A stretch of DNA of 64,000 bases, from the IMG/VR virus record IMGVR_UViG_2808606532_000002, positions 8,106 through 72,105 of that record; one strand, 5' to 3'. The number at the start of each line of letters is the position of its first letter. The first letter of the stretch is position 1. Shown here in pieces: positions 59,688 through 64,000 of the stretch. The stretch comes from a virus. Taxonomy: Duplodnaviria > Caudoviricetes. A model generated the notes under the pieces. The model was not told the DNA's origin. It did not search any database and was given only the letters and a program-made list of their open reading frames with translations. The translations under genes and the position numbers were made by a program.

Positions 59688-60329
59688 ATGACAAACTTAA
59701 TCGAATTTAAGTTGGATGTGCTCTATTTAAAAGCTGCAGTATTAGCCGCAGCTAAAAAAGATGTAAGAGAACAACTCAATGGCGTTTATTTTAACCTGAT
59801 AAACGGTTGTTTACAGTCAACAAACGGACATATAGCTTTTATAACACAGCCGAATATTTTTAAAGCATACAGCGACAGCGATTGTAAAGGTTTCCTTATG
59901 CCAATCGACTTTGCGCAACAAGTTAGTGCAATAAAAACAGGTAAAAAGGAAGAAGATCGCCAACTTTATATTTCATTTAGCACGCAATCACGAACCTTGA
60001 CCGCAAGGTTAAATAGCAACATTGTATCAGCAAATATTCAAGATTTGCCTTTCCCAAATTTGAACTTTGTTTATCAAAATGAAACGAAAAAATCTTGGGA
60101 GCCTATTTTTACTCAAACTTATAGTGCTCAAAACCTTGCAATTGCCTCGAAAATTGCTACCGCACTTAAACCTTTGATACAAAGCAAAGATGATACGCCG
60201 TCTATTGAATTCAAGCTAAGAGACAATACAGCGATTTTAAATATCAATGAAAACATGGTGCATCTTGTTTTAGCAGGTATGAACCCTGATACTGAATTTC
60301 AATATTTTGATTTAAAGGCGCAAAAATGA
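59688..60329 (+). CDS. Beta-clamp-like phage protein
   Basis: AAKKDVR..LNGV.....STNGH; FP motif. Confidence 0.6.
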   Translation: MTNLIEFKLDVLYLKAAVLAAAKKDVREQLNGVYFNLINGCLQSTNGHIAFITQPNIFKAYSDSDCKGFLMPIDFAQQVSAIKTGKKEEDRQLYISFSTQSRTLTARLNSNIVSANIQDLPFPNLNFVYQNETKKSWEPIFTQTYSAQNLAIASKIATALKPLIQSKDDTPSIEFKLRDNTAILNINENMVHLVLAGMNPDTEFQYFDLKAQK

Positions 60330-60562
60330 AACTCAAAAATCCCTTTGCCCTTATTCGCAAACTCAGACAATACAAGGCTATCTGTAAACGGCAATGCCAA
60401 CAGCTCACGGCATACAATGATCAGATAACTGAGTTTATGACAGAAAATAATCAACAGCAAAGCAAATCCGTTTTTTGCAGAGCCAGCTAAAAATTGCAAA
60501 CGAGCAACTACAGCTTGCAACAATAAGTGTAAATTTATTTCAGCAGAAGTGAGGAAATTAAG

Positions 60563-61108
60563 ATGATATTAAATAATAAATGGGTTCCAGAAGTCCCACG
60601 CCCAGAATTAACAGACGAAGCATTTGAAAAATTTATTAAAGTATGGATTGAAAAAGAATATCCCGACGACTGCGAAGGTATACCCGCCGAAGAAACAGGC
60701 TTATATGAAGCTCTATTAAGCGATTGGAAGGGAAGCGATGAGCTTATGGCAGAAGATTTAATAAAATGCTATGGCTGGAGTTATGCAGAAGCAAAAGAAT
60801 TTGAAGAAAAAAGCCTTTCTTTTGCTATCAACAAAAAAGAAAGAGAAATGTTCCAACAATGGGTCGCCGAAAACGGATATACATTACCTTTCCCAACAGG
60901 CTCAAGAGTAAAAATAGACACATGGCGCGGCGCAGTTTATGGCGTAATCGCACAAAATCAAGGCGAATATTTTAGCACAAAAGGACAAGCAGTAGTCAAT
61001 CTTGATATAGAGAATGCAATTGTAACATATAGCGGAACAGTATTAGATCAAAGAGCTTTCCCATGGGAAATGTTGGAGTTAGTGGAGGAGCAAAATGAAA
61101 CCCTTTGA
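60563..61108 (+). CDS. Hypothetical protein
   Basis: 181 aa, GAGG SD. Confidence 0.65.
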   Translation: MILNNKWVPEVPRPELTDEAFEKFIKVWIEKEYPDDCEGIPAEETGLYEALLSDWKGSDELMAEDLIKCYGWSYAEAKEFEEKSLSFAINKKEREMFQQWVAENGYTLPFPTGSRVKIDTWRGAVYGVIAQNQGEYFSTKGQAVVNLDIENAIVTYSGTVLDQRAFPWEMLELVEEQNETL

Positions 61109-61559
61109 CCTAGAAAAAGCCCTAGCTGGTGAGCCTGTTAGATTAAGAAACGGGTGTAAAGCCTTTGTAAAATATCAAATTCCTGATGAATTTCATACAG
61201 AAAGCCCTTTAAGCGGTTATTTCTTAAAACCTTTTCTTGGTCGCATAAGAGCGAACCGCCAAAGCTGGAGATTAAACGGAAAAGTAAATCCATCGCTTGA
61301 GCATGATGAAGACATAGTAAGTATGTGGGAAGAACTAAGACCAAGAGTACAGTTGGATTTACCTGCACCATTAGAAACTGTTCAAAAAGGAAAAGAAGTT
61401 TATTACTTAGAATTGGGTAATCAATTTAGCCAAATTAGCAAATTTAATTTTAACGAAGATACCCCTTGTGCTTTTCAACTCTACAAGAATGGTGGGTTAT
61501 TTGCCACTAAAGAAGACGCACAAGAATGGCTAGATGCAATAAGAGGAGCAAGACGATGA
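61095..61559 (+). CDS. Conserved phage hypothetical protein
   Basis: MKPFDLEKALAGEPV.LRNG.KA. Confidence 0.7.
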   Translation: MKPFDLEKALAGEPVRLRNGCKAFVKYQIPDEFHTESPLSGYFLKPFLGRIRANRQSWRLNGKVNPSLEHDEDIVSMWEELRPRVQLDLPAPLETVQKGKEVYYLELGNQFSQISKFNFNEDTPCAFQLYKNGGLFATKEDAQEWLDAIRGARR

Positions 61560-62077
61560 TAGATTTAATCCAAAACATCGAACAATGGGCAATCGAACGT
61601 AATCTTATTGAAGGCTCAACCCCACAGAAACAAATGCTGAAACTAATGGAAGAGTTTGGCGAATTGTGCGGTGGCGTTGCAAAAAATAAACCTGAAGTAA
61701 TTAAGGACAGTATTGGGGATTGTTTTGTAGTGATAGTTATTTTGAGTAATCAACTTGGTGTTGATGGCTATGTTGATTTTGATGCTGATGACATAATCCA
61801 AGAATATTTAGATGGTAAATATTCTTATACCAACGTAACAAAGAAATTGCTGGAAGGTATTCATTATTTGGGTGGACTTTCGCTTCCCATCAGCAACGGT
61901 TGGAAAATCCAAAAAGAATATATTGAACTGTTTTTTATGAATTTAGTTCTTATCGCATTGTTTAATGGCTTAAATTTTAAAGATTGTATGCAGCACGCCT
62001 ACAATCAAATCAAAGACTGCAAAGGCAGAATGATTGATGGCGTTTGGGTTAAGCAAGAGGATTTACAGAATGACTAA
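61556..62077 (+). CDS. MazG-like nucleotide pyrophosphohydrolase
   Basis: Q.LKL.EE.GEL...DSIGD; AY..IKD.KG. Confidence 0.85.
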   Translation: MIDLIQNIEQWAIERNLIEGSTPQKQMLKLMEEFGELCGGVAKNKPEVIKDSIGDCFVVIVILSNQLGVDGYVDFDADDIIQEYLDGKYSYTNVTKKLLEGIHYLGGLSLPISNGWKIQKEYIELFFMNLVLIALFNGLNFKDCMQHAYNQIKDCKGRMIDGVWVKQEDLQND

Positions 62078-62276
62078 ACAAAACAACGGCTGGATTAGTG
62101 TTAAAGATAAACTACCAAAATCAGGCGAAAGAGTGCTTGTATATTTCAAAAATGCAAGCCGAGACTATAAATCTATTACTTTGTCAGAACTTGTTGATGG
62201 AGAATTTGATATGGGCAGTAAACTTTTTGAAGTTACTCATTGGCAACCCCTCCCACAACCGCCTGAAACTGAATAA
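62070..62276 (+). CDS. DUF551-like protein
   Basis: WISVKDKLP..VTHWQPLPQPP. Confidence 0.85.
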   Translation: MTKQNNGWISVKDKLPKSGERVLVYFKNASRDYKSITLSELVDGEFDMGSKLFEVTHWQPLPQPPETE

Positions 62277-62325
62277 AACCACACAACACCCTCAATTTTG
62301 AGGGCTTTTTATTGGAGAAAGAATA

Positions 62326-62637
62326 ATGACAACTTTAATCACTAAAGGTGAGCAAGTACCAGAATTGATTGTATGTGCTGCGGTGAGATTTTTTAACATT
62401 TGCGATCCTAGCATTGAAATTGATATCCCATCGGTTCGGCATATGGACACTTTTACTCACTCTATTTTAGAGCAGTTTTCGTATGATGAATGGCGGCAAA
62501 AGGAACAAGGATTTTTGACAAATAAAATGCGTTTTGTAAGCAGAAAAGAGGCATTAGAAATCGCTAAAGCCAATAATCAAATCCGTCGTGATATTGGTTA
62601 CGAATCAAAAGAACTTTATTCGGAAATGTTGTACTAG
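62326..62637 (+). CDS. Hypothetical protein
   Basis: IVCAA, QGFLT...FV.R.EA, LYSE.LY. Confidence 0.7.
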   Translation: MTTLITKGEQVPELIVCAAVRFFNICDPSIEIDIPSVRHMDTFTHSILEQFSYDEWRQKEQGFLTNKMRFVSRKEALEIAKANNQIRRDIGYESKELYSEMLY

Positions 62638-62696
62638 TAGAAGTAGATTATTTAAACCAACCCTAGCAACCGCTAGGGTTTATTTTTGGAGGAAAT

Positions 62697-63029
62697 ATGG
62701 AAGAAGCACTAACAATAAAACAAGCTGCCAAGAGATTAAACCTCAGCTATAGCACAGTTTATCAACAGCGGTTGAATTGGGGATTTTTTCGTATGAGCGG
62801 ATCTAGTGTATGGCGGATTTATCCATCAGAGCTTGATCGAAACCGACAAGAAATGCAAAATACAAGCCGATTAGGTGTTTTGGTCGGCGATAAGGAGAAA
62901 AAATGTCGATCAGAAAAAACAAAAATGGCGTCTGGCAAATTGATTTCACCACACCGAACGGCGAGCGAGTTCGATGCAGTAGTAAAACGACTGACAAAAA
63001 ACTCGCACAACAAATGCACGACAAGCTAA
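62697..63029 (+). CDS. xis: Excisionase-like HTH protein
   Basis: LTIKQAA..L, G..WRI; overlaps integrase start. Confidence 0.7.
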   Translation: MEEALTIKQAAKRLNLSYSTVYQQRLNWGFFRMSGSSVWRIYPSELDRNRQEMQNTSRLGVLVGDKEKKCRSEKTKMASGKLISPHRTASEFDAVVKRLTKNSHNKCTTS

Positions 63030-64000
63030 AACATGAGGCTTGGCAAATAGATCAATTAAATAAAAGACCAGAACGCACAGTAGAACAAGCCCTAATTAGA
63101 TTTCTCGAAAAATCGGAACATCAAAAAGATCTTGATACCAAAATCCGACACGCAAAATATTGGCGAGAAACCATAGGACATAAGCTACTAAGCTCTTTAA
63201 CAAGTGATGATATATATAACAATTTGCCAACTCACGTATTAAAAACAGGCAAAAAGTTATCTCCATCTACTCAAAATCGATATCGCACCTCAATCATGAG
63301 AGCATTAAATTTAGCTCGTCAGGCTGGTTGGGTTGATACAATTCCTTTTTTGGCAAAAAACGAGGAGCCTAAAAAGCGAGTTAGATGGATCACAAAAGAT
63401 GAGGCTAATCTTTTGCTAAAAAATATGACTCTCGAATGGATGAGGGATATTTGCTTCTTTGCATTAATGACTGGTGCAAGGATGACAGAAATCCTCACTA
63501 TGACATGGAGCAAAATTGATTTTAGCCAAAGTATTGCGATTGTAACAAGCGATATCGCCAAGTCAGGAAGAGCTAGGGCGTTACCCCTGAACCGTGCAGC
63601 TATTAACTTTTTACGCCAAAAAGAAACCAAGCGAATATCAGATTATGTATTTCATAGAGGCAAAGGGAAAATGATCACAGATATAGATAGAGATCATTTA
63701 CATAAAGCCTTAGAGCTATCAAATATATCTGATTTTAGATTTCATGATTTCAGGCATACTTGGGCGAGCTGGCATGTTCAGGCAGGCACTCCCCTGTTAA
63801 CCTTAAAAGAGTTAGGCGGATGGGAAACAACAGAAATGGTACAAAAGTACGCACATCTAAATGCAGACCATCTTTTGACCTACGCAAACCATGTCAAATT
63901 TACGTCAAACGGACTAATTGACACAACAAAACTAGAGGCAAAAAATGACGACTTAGAAAATATTGAAGAAAATAAAAAAAGCCGTAAGTTACTGATTTGA
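62903..64000 (+). CDS. int: Tyrosine integrase
   Basis: TGAR, FHDFRHT, LGGW, VQKYAH; stop at 63998-64000. Confidence 0.96.
   Translation: MSIRKNKNGVWQIDFTTPNGERVRCSSKTTDKKLAQQMHDKLKHEAWQIDQLNKRPERTVEQALIRFLEKSEHQKDLDTKIRHAKYWRETIGHKLLSSLTSDDIYNNLPTHVLKTGKKLSPSTQNRYRTSIMRALNLARQAGWVDTIPFLAKNEEPKKRVRWITKDEANLLLKNMTLEWMRDICFFALMTGARMTEILTMTWSKIDFSQSIAIVTSDIAKSGRARALPLNRAAINFLRQKETKRISDYVFHRGKGKMITDIDRDHLHKALELSNISDFRFHDFRHTWASWHVQAGTPLLTLKELGGWETTEMVQKYAHLNADHLLTYANHVKFTSNGLIDTTKLEAKNDDLENIEENKKSRKLLI

Noticed and set aside
63960-64000. att site
   Set aside because: Window ends at the integrase stop; no duplicated core can be shown

Overview
AT-rich Pasteurellaceae DNA (many AAGTGCGGT uptake sequences), made entirely of two prophages joined tail to tail. 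1-~14084 (+) is the tail region of a P2-like prophage (R, S, T, V, W, J, I, H, G, FI). Its tape-measure gene is frameshifted at a G7 tract and FII is cut off at the junction. ~14085-64000 is a nearly complete temperate myovirus with lambdoid regulation: tail, head, terminase, lysis, Q, nin, replication and cII/cro on the - strand; cI, N-like, two C4-RNA/antirepressor modules, RecT/exonuclease, xis and integrase on the + strand. An IS256 element interrupts one moron. The accessory load is high: three HigBA pairs, HicBA, a RelE/ParE pair, a likely type I TA locus and a DUF4365 pair in the rexAB position. Best leads: (1) a MuF head protein with a putative RNase toxin tail, faced by a convergent promoter-driven, structured ~100-nt RNA; (2) stacked membrane-protein cassettes between S and T with leftover tape-measure gene starts; (3) inverted tail-fibre repeats shared by the two phages; (4) two C4 modules of different specificity, one with a mismatched target. 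All family assignments come from motif recognition, not database searches.
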